Positions 20,186-30,623 of a stretch of 64,000 bases of DNA are shown one piece after another. Below the pieces are notes generated by a model. The model searched no databases and was not told the DNA's origin. It saw only the letters and a list, made by a program, of their open reading frames with translations. The stretch spans positions 32,001-96,000 of the forward strand of contig CAVUWV010000009.1 in the NCBI GenBank assembly GCA_963745075.1. Direction: 5' to 3'. Position 1 is the stretch's first letter; each line of letters begins with the position of its first letter. The translations under genes and the position numbers were made by a program. This stretch comes from Candidatus Hydrogenedentota bacterium (GTDB lineage: Bacteria > Hydrogenedentota > Hydrogenedentia > Hydrogenedentales > SLHB01).

Positions 20186-21274
20186 ATGACGCGAATTACA
20201 TTGTTGCACTTGGCCACGGTCGCCGCGCTGGTGTCCATCGCCGGATGTGCATCCACGGGAAAACCGGAGTCTGCTGCCACGGCCAATGGCAGCGAGTCGG
20301 CGTCCGGCTCCGCAAAGGTTATCTACAATCCGGCCAATCAAGCGGAAGATTCGAAACCGAACAAGGAAGAATCGAAAACGAAAGCGAAGTCTCCGATGGA
20401 TTCCCGGGTGACCCTGCAGGTTCCCGCGGGGACCGCCAGTAGTTCCGTGCGTGCCATCGGAGAATCCATCGGAGGCAACCTCGTGTTGATGGCGGGGACC
20501 GAAGACCGTCCCGTTGGGGAATTGAATTTCAAACGTGCCAAACCGGCCAACGTCGCGACGGCGATCGCCCAGGCGGCCGGACTCGCCGCACAGGAAACCC
20601 CCGACTACTATTTCCTGTTTCCTCCCGGTTATGAAGCGCTGGTGAATGTCTCCCTGGCCGGAAAGGTCCCGCCGGATTTCGGACCGCCGAAGACGGATGT
20701 GGTTTTCGGATACGGTCTTCATCTCTACACCGTGTTCTCATGGATGGGCTACGCCCTCAATTGCACCATCGTGGCGGACGACGCCATCTCCGACGCCCGG
20801 TGCGGCGAACTGGCGTTGACGCAGGTACCATTGGAAGCCGCGGTCGAGGCGATTTTGAAGTCCGCCCGCGTCAACACCTTTGCCGTGGATTGTACGGACG
20901 AGTACCTCTTCATCTACAGTCCCGATAACACCAATCCCCGTGGGGCGCTTCTGAACAGCAACGAATTGGACAGTGAACAACAGCAAACGTTGAAACGGCG
21001 TGTCACCGTGGTGCTGCCCGAGGCGCCATCGGCAGGAGCCCCGCTCGAGATACAGCAATTCAGCTCCCGGCTTGGCAACGTCCTCGATTCCCTGTCGCAA
21101 CAATTGGGCGTTACCGTCGTGGCCGAAAAAGGCCTGGAAGAGTTGCCCGTCAATCCAGTGGTACTCAATCACGTCCCGTTGCAGACCGCCCTGGACCTGA
21201 TTGTACGGCAATGGCTCGTCCCGGCCTACGGATACCAGATGTCCCACGACCGAATCATCATCCGTTCGCGCTGA
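20186..21274 (+). CDS. Lipoprotein with secretin/TonB N-terminal (STN/N0)-like repeats
   Basis: Lipobox IAGC; repeated patterns LTQVPLEAAVEAILK and LNHVPLQTALDLIV; no beta-barrel. Confidence 0.55.
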   Translation: MTRITLLHLATVAALVSIAGCASTGKPESAATANGSESASGSAKVIYNPANQAEDSKPNKEESKTKAKSPMDSRVTLQVPAGTASSSVRAIGESIGGNLVLMAGTEDRPVGELNFKRAKPANVATAIAQAAGLAAQETPDYYFLFPPGYEALVNVSLAGKVPPDFGPPKTDVVFGYGLHLYTVFSWMGYALNCTIVADDAISDARCGELALTQVPLEAAVEAILKSARVNTFAVDCTDEYLFIYSPDNTNPRGALLNSNELDSEQQQTLKRRVTVVLPEAPSAGAPLEIQQFSSRLGNVLDSLSQQLGVTVVAEKGLEELPVNPVVLNHVPLQTALDLIVRQWLVPAYGYQMSHDRIIIRSR

Positions 21275-21336
21275 TCGCAGTTCGGCCTCAGACACGCACG
21301 TTTGACCGCTTTCGGTACGGGCAGTACACTCCCCGC

Positions 21337-22041
21337 ATGATGCCCGACACGATGATTCTTCTGCCCGCATTCAATGAATCGGAACGCATCGGCCATGTCA
21401 TCGATGCGATCCGTGACGTGATGCCGGAAGGGCTGGTGGTCGTCGTGGATGACGGGTCGTCGGACGACACCCCCGAACAGGCCTTGGCCCGAGGCGCGAC
21501 CGTGCTGACCTTGCCGTTCAACCTCGGGTACGGCGTGGCGCTCCAGACTGGATACAAGTATGCTGTCGCGCGCGGGCTGGAATATCTCGTACAACTCGAC
21601 GCCGACGATCAACACGATCCCGCCGGTATCCCCCGTCTGCTGGAACGTGTTCGATCCGGTGCGTTCGATATCTGTATCGGCTCCCGCTTTCTCGAAGGAG
21701 AGCCGTATGCCATTCCAACAACGCGCCGTCTTGGCATGGCCCTGTTTCGCCGGGTCGCATCCCGTCTTCTGGGCCAGACCGTGACCGATCCCACCAGCGG
21801 CTTTCAGGCCATGAACCGCCGCGTATTGGAGTTCTTTTCGCGGGACAGCTATCCCGTCGACTACCCCGACGTTGATGTGCTGGTTATGTTGCACCGCCAC
21901 GGGTTTCGCCTCACCGAGGTTCCGGTGGTTATGCGCGCTCGCGCGTCGGGCCATTCGCTGCACGCCGGGCTCAAGCCCGTATACTATTTGTTCAAGATGG
22001 GAATGGACATACCGCTGAACCTCGTGCGCCGGGAGAAATGA
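21337..22041 (+). CDS. Family 2 glycosyltransferase (DPM1-like)
   Basis: LPAFNE, VVDDGSSD, NLGYG, QLDAD, IGSRF and DPTSGF. Confidence 0.92.
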   Translation: MMPDTMILLPAFNESERIGHVIDAIRDVMPEGLVVVVDDGSSDDTPEQALARGATVLTLPFNLGYGVALQTGYKYAVARGLEYLVQLDADDQHDPAGIPRLLERVRSGAFDICIGSRFLEGEPYAIPTTRRLGMALFRRVASRLLGQTVTDPTSGFQAMNRRVLEFFSRDSYPVDYPDVDVLVMLHRHGFRLTEVPVVMRARASGHSLHAGLKPVYYLFKMGMDIPLNLVRREK

Positions 22042-22409
22042 CCGTGGATATTCGTCAAAAAATTCTTGCCGCAGTATGTGGTATCTCGTTGCTGCTTGTG
22101 ATCGTAGAACTCGTGCGCCGGCGCAAACTCCGGGTCGAATACTCCTGGCTTTGGATCGCCGCCGGCGTCGCCATCGTCGTGATCGGACTGAACTATCCGT
22201 TGTTGATCTGGATTACGGAATTCATCGGCGCCGGGTTCACCTCATCGACCTTGTTCTTCTTCGGGATCTTCTTCGTTCTGGCGTTGTGCCTGCAATTCAG
22301 CGTGAAGATTTCCAAGCTCGAGACCCAGGTGAAGAATCTCGCCCAGGAACTGGCGCTTCAACGGCCCAAGACCAAGCCCAAAACGGGGGAAAATGAAGCT
22401 ACGGATTAA
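22038..22409 (+). CDS. DUF2304-family membrane protein
   Basis: ELVRRRKLRVEYSWLW...SVKISKLETQVKNLAQELAL; typical partner of GT2; overlapping stop/start. Confidence 0.85.
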   Translation: MTVDIRQKILAAVCGISLLLVIVELVRRRKLRVEYSWLWIAAGVAIVVIGLNYPLLIWITEFIGAGFTSSTLFFFGIFFVLALCLQFSVKISKLETQVKNLAQELALQRPKTKPKTGENEATD

Positions 22410-23142
22410 GCGGGAACAATCCGGGCAGCGTCAGTAGTTCCGTGAGACTATGAATCCGGTCCGTGCAGTCGGATGTGTTGTGCTGCCGATCAAGCAATAT
22501 GTCACGAACGCCGGCGTCACGGGCCCCTTGGATATCTTCCTCCACCGAATCGCCGACATGGACAACTGCGTCCGCAGTCAGTTCCATACGCCGGCACGCC
22601 TCGCGAAAGATGTCCGGGTGGGGCTTGCTCACGCCCGCTTCTGCGGAGGTCAGGATAAATTCGAAGTATTCTGCCAAACCAATCGCCGTGAGCAACCGCG
22701 GAAGTCGGGAATCCCAATTCGACACGACCGCCAGGTGTACGTCTCGTTCGCGCAGTCCGTCCAGCGTGGGCACTACATCCTCGTAGACGCGCCAGACGTC
22801 TGGTTGGGCAAAGCGTTCGTAGAGGTCTTCAAAAAACGAATCGAACACCTTGTCAAATTCAGCCGGTGGGTCTACGTTCTGGAAAACGTCATGCACAAAC
22901 CCACGCCACCACGCCCGCTCGACTGCTTCTGACGTATGGAAGGGCGTTTCATTCCCTTCGTGCGGACGCTGCGTCTGCCAGCAGGCTGCGAAAGTGCGAT
23001 TGAGCGTATCTGATGATACGTCGAAGCCGTGTTTCGCCGCCTCCATCGCATAGACGTCACCGACGGAAGGATGGACGGTTAAGAGCGTTCCCGCTGCGTC
23101 GAACGTAATCGCTTTGGTCGTGGCAGAACGTCGTGTCATCAC
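22399..23142 (-). CDS. HAD-superfamily hydrolase (REG-2-like)
   Basis: ITFDAAGTL, VVSNWD, KPHPDIF and HVGDS. Confidence 0.9.
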   Translation of the reverse strand: MMTRRSATTKAITFDAAGTLLTVHPSVGDVYAMEAAKHGFDVSSDTLNRTFAACWQTQRPHEGNETPFHTSEAVERAWWRGFVHDVFQNVDPPAEFDKVFDSFFEDLYERFAQPDVWRVYEDVVPTLDGLRERDVHLAVVSNWDSRLPRLLTAIGLAEYFEFILTSAEAGVSKPHPDIFREACRRMELTADAVVHVGDSVEEDIQGARDAGVRDILLDRQHNTSDCTDRIHSLTELLTLPGLFPLNP

Positions 23143-25391
23143 CCGCCTTCGCCGCCCGTAACGCGGTCGGCGGGATCGGCATCCTCATCGGTAGGCAGGG
23201 GCGCGGTCAGGTCGACTGGAGGGGGAACGATTCCCTTGGGGCCGAGCGTTTCCCGCACAATCCGGGTCGCCTCGTTTCGCCCGAATACCGCGGACTGGGC
23301 CGGGTTCTTGGGCACCGGACTCTCCTCGCGTTCCGCTGTATCCGGACGGACGTAGAGCGTCTGCGTGGGGAACGCGAAATCGACGCCCAATCGGTTTGCG
23401 AGACGAATAATGTCGAGGTACAACCGTTCCTTTTCTCGCAACTCCGTCCCCCAGTCCGGGGTAGCGACGAAACAGTACAACAGAATGTTTAACGAATGGT
23501 CCGCGAACTCGTTCAAATACACGTGGTAGTAGTCCTTTCGCGTGTAAGGGTGCTCGCGGATCAACTGTCGGATTCCTTCGCAGAAGGCCTCGATTTTCTC
23601 GACTGGTGTATCGTAGGTGACGGCGAGCATCGTCTTGATCCGCCGGTATTTTCGCGCCCCGTAATTGTCGATTGTGGCATTGATCAGTTCGTTGTTGGGG
23701 ACCGCGATTAGGGAATTGTAAAACGTGCGTACCCGGGTGCTGCGGATGCCGACGGATTCGACGCTGCCGTCGATGTCTTTGAACTGAACCCAATCCCCGA
23801 TCTCGAAGGGCCGATCCAACAGGATCGTCAGGGAGCCGAAGAGGTTCGCCACCGTCTCCCGCGCGGCCAGGGCAAAGGCCAAACCGCCCAAGCCCAAACC
23901 AGCGAGAAGACTTCGAATATCCCAATCCAACACGTTCGCGATAAACACGAGGCCGAACGCGACCACGCAGACCTTGAAGCTTTTCGTAACCAGGGGCACG
24001 AGGAGGTCGTCGAATTTGTTCTCGGTTCGCTCGGCCCGCTCATGCAGGTAACTGGACAAAATGTCGATGAGCCGGTAGAAGGCCCATACTCCGCCGCCGG
24101 CCGAAACGAACTTGGCAGCGACCCGCAGGTAATAGAGCGAGTCTGCGGGTAGGCCGAGTGTGTGAAGGCCCAGTAGCCAGACCCACGCCATAATGGCGAT
24201 CCGAATCGGCCGGACGAAACCCTTTTCCAGTTTCTTGTCCAGCGAGTAGTGCTCGCGCGCGAACACGCGGCGTACGATCAGGACGAGTATCCAGCCCACA
24301 AAACGGCTGATCGCCATCCCCGTGAAGACGATGACAAACAGTCCGAGCCACTGCCAATTCTCCAGGTAGAAAGTCTTGCGAAGGAGGAAAGGGAATTCGT
24401 CCGACGCAAAGTCGCGGAGACGAAGCGATGTCAGTTCCGGAGTTCGATCCTTGAGAATGCCCTTCGCCAGCGGCCGATCCTTGTACGCATCGTACAGGGG
24501 AGTAAGGTTCTTCAGTGTATTGGCCGTAAACTTCCAGGCACTCAAGCCGGTGTCGGGATCTTCGACCCGATCGATGACGATCGAGCCCGCCGGATCGCGC
24601 AAGTAATAGTAGGGCGGTCCCTCCTTGTAGTTGGGAATCTCCGGCAACGCGATGAGCTTGTCCCGGTCAAGGATGCGTTTGAGTTTGGTTGCGAACTCAA
24701 TCCCCGCCTCTTCGCGCACGTCTTTGCCGAGATTCGACAGGTCGAGGGTCGAAATAGGGGTGTCCCATCCGTTTTCCGCGTAGTTGTTTACGCCCGTGAG
24801 AAACACTTCCATCGTATCGCGCGGCGACTGCAAAACCGGATCGAGACCACCGGTATCCGGTTCCTCCGATTGATTCGTCTCGACAATCTCGTCGTACGAG
24901 GATCCGATATTCTTCAGCGTGTTGGTGTAGCTGAAGCGCCATTTGCCGTCGTCATTACGATGCAAGGTGAGAACGATGTCTTCGGTGTCCCCGAGGGTGA
25001 TCTTGCACGTGCGGCCTTCGACGTCCTCCGGAATGGAGTTCAGCGAGAAGGTTGCGCTGTCGATGACGGTATAGAGCTTGCGTGCGAGGTCGGTTGCGCG
25101 AGCCGCGCGCTCGGCCGAAGGCAACTCGTCCAGGCTAAGACAGTCGATTGCGAGATCCAGATGCTGGCCGTTCCCCTGATCCACGGAGGTCATCGCTTCA
25201 ACGAACGTGCGAACCGTCCCTCGAGGAGAACTCAAATCGGCCCGCTCGGCAATCGGATCGGGCGCCGCCTTTTCCTCGGGTTGCTGGGCGTGGCCCAATC
25301 CCGATGCGAAGGCCGTCAGCAGAACCAGAAGAAACAAGATGAATCGTTTGGGCATATCGATCTCGGTGATATGATGCATGTTGATCCCCAT
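23139..25391 (-). CDS. Large MscS-family mechanosensitive channel with periplasmic N-terminal repeats (start may be 25355)
   Basis: Signal peptide, two SPRxT repeats, then AGLGLGGLAFALAA, DRPFEIGD, VESVGIRST and DFAFPTQT. Confidence 0.92.
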   Translation of the reverse strand: MGINMHHITEIDMPKRFILFLLVLLTAFASGLGHAQQPEEKAAPDPIAERADLSSPRGTVRTFVEAMTSVDQGNGQHLDLAIDCLSLDELPSAERAARATDLARKLYTVIDSATFSLNSIPEDVEGRTCKITLGDTEDIVLTLHRNDDGKWRFSYTNTLKNIGSSYDEIVETNQSEEPDTGGLDPVLQSPRDTMEVFLTGVNNYAENGWDTPISTLDLSNLGKDVREEAGIEFATKLKRILDRDKLIALPEIPNYKEGPPYYYLRDPAGSIVIDRVEDPDTGLSAWKFTANTLKNLTPLYDAYKDRPLAKGILKDRTPELTSLRLRDFASDEFPFLLRKTFYLENWQWLGLFVIVFTGMAISRFVGWILVLIVRRVFAREHYSLDKKLEKGFVRPIRIAIMAWVWLLGLHTLGLPADSLYYLRVAAKFVSAGGGVWAFYRLIDILSSYLHERAERTENKFDDLLVPLVTKSFKVCVVAFGLVFIANVLDWDIRSLLAGLGLGGLAFALAARETVANLFGSLTILLDRPFEIGDWVQFKDIDGSVESVGIRSTRVRTFYNSLIAVPNNELINATIDNYGARKYRRIKTMLAVTYDTPVEKIEAFCEGIRQLIREHPYTRKDYYHVYLNEFADHSLNILLYCFVATPDWGTELREKERLYLDIIRLANRLGVDFAFPTQTLYVRPDTAEREESPVPKNPAQSAVFGRNEATRIVRETLGPKGIVPPPVDLTAPLPTDEDADPADRVTGGEGG

Positions 25392-25460
25392 TGTGGGCAG
25401 TATAGGAGACACTTCGGGGAATGGCAAGGCGGTTGCGGCGCGAATTGGAACGGCTTCGTT

Positions 25461-27074
25461 TTACGCGCCCTGGATGCGCTTTTCGTACCCGGCCCATTCC
25501 TTTTCGCGAAGCACGAATTTTTGGATCTTCCCCGTGCTTGTCTTGGGCAATACCGTGAATTCCACTTGCGTGGGGCATTTGAAGTGGGCGATCTCGTCAC
25601 GGCAGAAGACAATCAGGTCCTCGGCCGTGACCTTCTGCCCATCCTTGAGCGTCACGAATGCTTTCGGGGTTTCACCCCATTTTTCGTGGGGTACCCCAAT
25701 CACGGCGACTTCCAATACGGCTTGGTGCCGATACAGCGCCTGCTCCACCTCGATGGACGAGATATTCTCTCCGCCACTGATGATCACGTCTTTACTGCGA
25801 TCCCGTAATTCGATGTAACCGTCGGGATGCATGACCGCGATATCGCCGCTGTGAAACCAGCCGCCGCGGAACGCTTCATTCGTGGCCGTCGCGTCGTTGT
25901 AATACCCCTTCATGACCATGTTGCCGCGCATGACGACTTCGCCCATCGTCTTGCCGTCAGCCGGCACGTCATTCATGTTCTCGTCGACGACCCGAAGGCC
26001 ATCCCCCGCGACGTAGGGCACCCCCTGGCGTGCATTGAGCTTGGCTTGCTGGTCCGCGAACAGGTCTTCCCAGTGTCTTTGTGGTGCGCAGATCGTATAG
26101 GGGCCGTAGGTTTCCGTAAGTCCGTAAATATGGATGATCCGCGCGCCGACTTCTTCCATGTGTTCGATGAGCGTGGGGGAGGGCGGTGCGCCTCCCGTCG
26201 TTACGGTGAGTGGCTGCTCCAGATGCCGGGGACGGCCCGGATGATTCAACAACGAGATCAACAAGACCGGCGCCCCGTTGAGATGGGTCACGCCTTCCTG
26301 GGCAATCAACTCCCACACGTGCGCGGGTTCGACCTTGCGCAGGCACACATGCGTTCCGCCGATGGCCGTGACACCCCACGTGAAGCACCAGCCGTTGCAG
26401 TGAAACATCGGCACCGTCCACAAGAAGACGGACTCCGGCGTCAATCCCGTTTCGACGATTTCCCCGAGACCGTTAATGTACCCCCCGCGATGAGAGTACA
26501 TGACACCCTTGGGTTGGCCCGTAGTGCCGCTTGTGTAGTTGATGGAGATGGTTTCCATCTCGTCCTCCAGCACCCACGGGACGGGTTCAGCGGAACCCGT
26601 CGTAAGGAACGCTTCAAACGCGGTGGTGCCCGCCAACGGGGGATAGTCGGTATCCGGAATGCTGACGATCGATTGGACGCTCCGAAGTTCCTCACGTACG
26701 GGCACGATGAGACTGTTGAATTCCGTGTCCGCGATGAGGATCGTCGCTCCCGAGTGGTTCAGGATATAGCCGATCTCGCGCGGCGACAAGCGCGTGTTGA
26801 TGCTCACCAGCACGCCGCCCGCGAGTGGCACGGCAAAGTGCGCCGCAAGCATGGGCGGTGTGTTCGGGCACAACATGGCCACCCGATCACCCTTCTTCAG
26901 TCCCTGCGCGCGCAAGGCTGAGGCAAACCGGTAGACGAGTTCGGCAAATTGCCCGTACGTCAGGCGCGTTTCGCCATAAACCACCGCCTCTCTATCGCGG
27001 TAGGCGTGCACGCTTCGTTCCAGAAACGTGAGTGGAGTTAATAGGGCTCGACAGACATTCTCGTGGCGCTCCAT
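25461..27074 (-). CDS. Acyl-CoA synthetase / AMP-binding enzyme
   Basis: LTPLTFLER, YTSGTTGQPKG, YGLTET, FHSGD, ISGGENI and LPKTSTGK. Confidence 0.95.
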   Translation of the reverse strand: MERHENVCRALLTPLTFLERSVHAYRDREAVVYGETRLTYGQFAELVYRFASALRAQGLKKGDRVAMLCPNTPPMLAAHFAVPLAGGVLVSINTRLSPREIGYILNHSGATILIADTEFNSLIVPVREELRSVQSIVSIPDTDYPPLAGTTAFEAFLTTGSAEPVPWVLEDEMETISINYTSGTTGQPKGVMYSHRGGYINGLGEIVETGLTPESVFLWTVPMFHCNGWCFTWGVTAIGGTHVCLRKVEPAHVWELIAQEGVTHLNGAPVLLISLLNHPGRPRHLEQPLTVTTGGAPPSPTLIEHMEEVGARIIHIYGLTETYGPYTICAPQRHWEDLFADQQAKLNARQGVPYVAGDGLRVVDENMNDVPADGKTMGEVVMRGNMVMKGYYNDATATNEAFRGGWFHSGDIAVMHPDGYIELRDRSKDVIISGGENISSIEVEQALYRHQAVLEVAVIGVPHEKWGETPKAFVTLKDGQKVTAEDLIVFCRDEIAHFKCPTQVEFTVLPKTSTGKIQKFVLREKEWAGYEKRIQGA

Positions 27075-27226
27075 CCGTGCTTCCTCCGGATACGTGGGTC
27101 CCGACCCGTCGCGGGTCGATTGATTGCACCTGACCGTACAGCGAGTCACAGAGTAACGGAAATGCGGGCGGCGAGCAACGGGGCACAAACAATGCAATTC
27201 TTCACACCGTCAGCTAAAATCAGGGG

Positions 27227-28195
27227 ATGATCGAGCAACTCAAGACCGACGTGGAAAAACTCGCCTTCGAACATGGCCGCATGGCCGGCACACGCGGTCA
27301 TTCCCAAGCCCGGGAATACGTCGTGTGCCGGTGTCGCGAGGCGGGGCTGGAGGGTTATCACAATGGCTCCTTCGAGCTTGCGTACGCGGAAGGTGAGATC
27401 CGTTTGACCAACGTCATCGGCCTGCTGCCCGGCTCCCGGCCTGACTTGGACCCCATCCTCATCGCCGCGCATTATGATACCTGCGGACCCTTTCCGGGAG
27501 CGGACGATAACGCGGCGGCGATCGCAATCGCGCTGGCTTCCGTCGAGCCGCTGCGCCGTCGGAACCTCGAACGCAGCATGATCTACGCGTTCTTCGACGC
27601 CGAAGAGCCGCCACATTTTTTGACCCCCTTGATGGGATCGACCTATTTCTACGACCATCAGCGGCTGGGAAACATACACTGCGCCATTGTCCTGGACCTC
27701 ATCGGTCACGATGTCCCCATCCCCGGCAAGGAAGACCTGTTGTTCATCATGGGGATGGAGAGCGATCCGGGACTTGAACGCGTCGTCCGCTCCTGCGAAC
27801 CGGAATCCGGTATCCGCACGGTGGCCACGCTCAACCGGTATGTGGGCGACATGAGTGACCATCACGTCTTTCGCGAGAATCAGCGCCCGTACTTGTTCCT
27901 GTCCTGCGGCCAGTGGGAACACTACCATTTGCCGACGGACACGCCCGAAAAACTCAACTACGAGAAGATGCGCTATCTCGTCGACTACCTGGCCAACATA
28001 GCGGAAGCCGTTTGCGTGGCGACGCTTGCCGGACCCTTTGAAGGGTACGATTCGACACCCGCAGAACTGGAACTCATGCGAAAGCATGTCGGCGGCTTGG
28101 CGGAACAACTCGGCATCCCGCTGGCGAACCGGGACCATCTCGATGTGCTCGTATTTCAATTGGTTTCCCGTTTCGGCCTGTTGACGGACCGTTGA
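27227..28195 (+). CDS. M28-family peptidase
   Basis: AHYDT, GADDNA, FDAEE, LDLIG, SDH and YHLPTD. Confidence 0.9.
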   Translation: MIEQLKTDVEKLAFEHGRMAGTRGHSQAREYVVCRCREAGLEGYHNGSFELAYAEGEIRLTNVIGLLPGSRPDLDPILIAAHYDTCGPFPGADDNAAAIAIALASVEPLRRRNLERSMIYAFFDAEEPPHFLTPLMGSTYFYDHQRLGNIHCAIVLDLIGHDVPIPGKEDLLFIMGMESDPGLERVVRSCEPESGIRTVATLNRYVGDMSDHHVFRENQRPYLFLSCGQWEHYHLPTDTPEKLNYEKMRYLVDYLANIAEAVCVATLAGPFEGYDSTPAELELMRKHVGGLAEQLGIPLANRDHLDVLVFQLVSRFGLLTDR

Positions 28196-28285
28196 TCGAC
28201 TGGAACCAGTCCGCCGTGCGAAGCCGCACTACAATGGTTATATCCCGTTTTTGTTAGTGATTCTCACAAGAAGGAGATATTTTTC

Positions 28286-29786
28286 GTGCCCGAATCGATA
28301 GAAAGCCTTGCGTGAAAAGCTCGGGGCGGTGACGGATTTACGTTCTGCGATCGCCGTGCTGTCCTGGGATCAGGAAGTCTATATGCCGCCCAAAGGCGCC
28401 GAAGGCCGGGGCCAACAGATCGCGACCTTGTCGGCCCATGCCCACCGGCTGTTTACGGATCCGGAGGTGGGCGACCTGCTCGAGGAATTAGCCGGTGCAG
28501 CCAGCCAACTTTCGCCACAGGACGCCAAACTCGTGGAAGTCGCCCAATACGATTTCGAACGGGCAACCAAACTGCCGGAATCGTTCGTCCGCGAGTTCGC
28601 CCTGGAATGCAGCAAGGCCTACGAAGTATGGGTGCGCGCGCGCAAAGAATCGAGTTTCGCGCTGTTCCGGGACAATCTCGCACGGATCGTGGATTTAAAC
28701 CGTCGCAAGGCCGAGTACTTCGGATACGATGGGTCGCCCTACGACGCGCTTCTCGACGAGTACGAACGCGGCATGACGGCAGCACAACTGAAACCCCTCT
28801 TCGCCAACGTCGCAGCCGCGCAGTCGAAACTCGTCGAGCAAATCGTCGCCTCGCCGGCGCAACCGGACCTGGCGTGGACCGCGGGTCCCTGGGACGAACG
28901 TGCCAAGTGGGACTTCACCCTCCAAGTCCTGTGCGACTTGGGCTTCGACATGGACGCGGGCCGGCAGGATAAGTCGGTGCACCCGTTCTCGGCACAATTC
29001 GATCTCTACGACGTTCGCGTAACCACTCGGTTTAGTTCGGACGAATTGTTCTCAGGACTAATGGGCACTATCCACGAATGCGGCCACGCGCTCTATTCAC
29101 AGGGGCACGATCCCGCGGATCGGCGTACGCCCTTGTTGGATGGGGCCTCGCTCGGTATCCACGAATCTCAGTCCCGGATGTGGGAGAACGTCATCGGCCG
29201 CAGCCTGCCGTTCTGGAACCACTATCTCCCGGCACTCCGAAAGTTCTTCCCCGACCGTCTCGATGCGGTCAACCCCGAGGACGTCTACGCGGCCGTCAAC
29301 CACGTAGAACGATCCCTGATTCGCGTGGAAGCCGACGAGTGCACGTACAACCTCCATGTCATCCTTCGATTTGAAATCGAACTGGGGCTTATCGAAGGGA
29401 CCTTGTCGATTGACGACGTACCGGAACTGTGGAACACGAAGATAAGAGACTATCTCGGCCTCAACGTCCCCGATGACGCGCATGGGTGTTTGCAGGACAT
29501 TCATTGGTCCCACGGCGCATTCGGCTATTTCCCCACCTACGCCTTGGGCAATCTGTACGCGGCACAACTCTTCGAGACGATCCAGACTGCAATCCCAAAT
29601 CTGTGGGAACAGGTCGAACGGGGCGAGTTTACCGAACTGCTGGGGTGGCTGCGGGAAAACGTGCACCGTCACGGACGAAGAAAACTCCCGCTCGAAATTT
29701 TGAAGGATGCAACCGGAAAAGAAGCGGACTGGCGGCCCTACTTGCGATACCTGGAAGACAAGTACGGCAATTTGTATCACCTATAA
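28286..29786 (+). CDS. M32 carboxypeptidase (probable +1 frameshift near 28302)
   Basis: LSWDQ, HPF, HECGH, IHESQS, IRVEADE and GYFPTYALG. SD AAGGAG precedes GTG 28286, which is one base out of frame with the long ORF starting at 28308. Confidence 0.93.
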
Positions 29787-29794
29787 TCTTTGAC

Positions 29795-29830
29795 TGCCGT
29801 CATCCTGAGCGCCAGCGAAGGATGACGGCA
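29795..29830. repeat. 12-bp-stem hairpin (REP-like or bidirectional terminator) between convergent genes
   Basis: TGCCGTCATCCT-GAGCGCCAGCGA-AGGATGACGGCA. Confidence 0.7.
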
Positions 29831-29848
29831 AAATGGAGTTGCGTTCGA

Positions 29849-30466
29849 TTACCAGATGTTGCGCTGGAGCGCCACCACCACGCCCTGGATCTGCACCGAT
29901 CGCCCGGGGAAGAGCATGGACTGCATGGTCGAGTTGGCGGGACGGAGTTCCACCATATCGCCGTGCCGGTAGAAGCGCTTTACGGTCGCTTCGTCGTCCA
30001 CCAGCGCGACAACTATATCCCCCGCCTTGGGCCGGGCTTCCGGGTTCACGATAATCGTATCTCCATCTAGAATCCCGTCGTCGATCATACTGTCGCCCTG
30101 GACCTTCAAGCAGTACGCCCCGGGGCGCAGATGCGCGGACGACACCGGCACGTGCCCTTCGATGTTCTCCTCGGCGAGGATTGGATAACCCGCGGCGATT
30201 CGACCAACCAGTGGCAGCATCCCCATCTCGTTCTGGTACAGTCCGACCGACGCCTGGTCGGTCACGTGAATGCTCCGGGCTTTCGAGGAACGCTCGATAT
30301 AGCCCTTTTTCTCCAGCGCCACGAGGTGGTCGTTGACGCCGTTGGTGGAGGAGATATTGAACCGGACCCCGATTTCAGCAATTGTGGGCGGCATCCCGTG
30401 ATCACGAATGCAGTCAATGATGAACTGTAGAATCTCGCTCTGCCGCTTTGTAAGCCCCTTCGCCAT
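29849..30466 (-). CDS. lexA: LexA repressor
   Basis: LTKRQ, PPTIAEI, HLVALEKKGYI; cleavage site IAAG; catalytic GDSM and ATVKR. Confidence 0.97.
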   Translation of the reverse strand: MAKGLTKRQSEILQFIIDCIRDHGMPPTIAEIGVRFNISSTNGVNDHLVALEKKGYIERSSKARSIHVTDQASVGLYQNEMGMLPLVGRIAAGYPILAEENIEGHVPVSSAHLRPGAYCLKVQGDSMIDDGILDGDTIIVNPEARPKAGDIVVALVDDEATVKRFYRHGDMVELRPANSTMQSMLFPGRSVQIQGVVVALQRNIW

Positions 30467-30478
30467 TTCTTTCTCCCG

Positions 30479-30496
30479 ACTGAAATCTTTTTCAGT
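30479..30496. promoter_or_regulatory. Candidate LexA (SOS) box
   Basis: Perfect palindrome ACTGAAA-TCTT-TTTCAGT between the lexA start and a minus-strand TTGACA (30523-30528). Confidence 0.6.
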
Positions 30497-30561
30497 TATA
30501 TTTAGCCAGATCGACGGCGAATTGTCAAGGACCTAACACGGGTAGGTGTGATTCCGGAGTC

Positions 30562-30601
30562 AAATTAAAAGGGCGCGCGAAGCCGCAAAGCTTCGCGCGC
30601 C
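30562..30601 (-). terminator. Rho-independent terminator
   Basis: Minus strand GGCGCGCGAAGC-loop-GCTTCGCGCGCC followed by CTTTTAATTT, just after the oxidoreductase stop. Confidence 0.85.
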
Positions 30602-30623
30602 TGAACAATATCAGGAGTAAGTC

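Noticed and set aside
24249..25808. 519-aa plus-strand ORF (likewise 35121-36653, 2660-3901 and 15015-16121)
   Set aside because: Antisense shadows of well-supported minus-strand genes.
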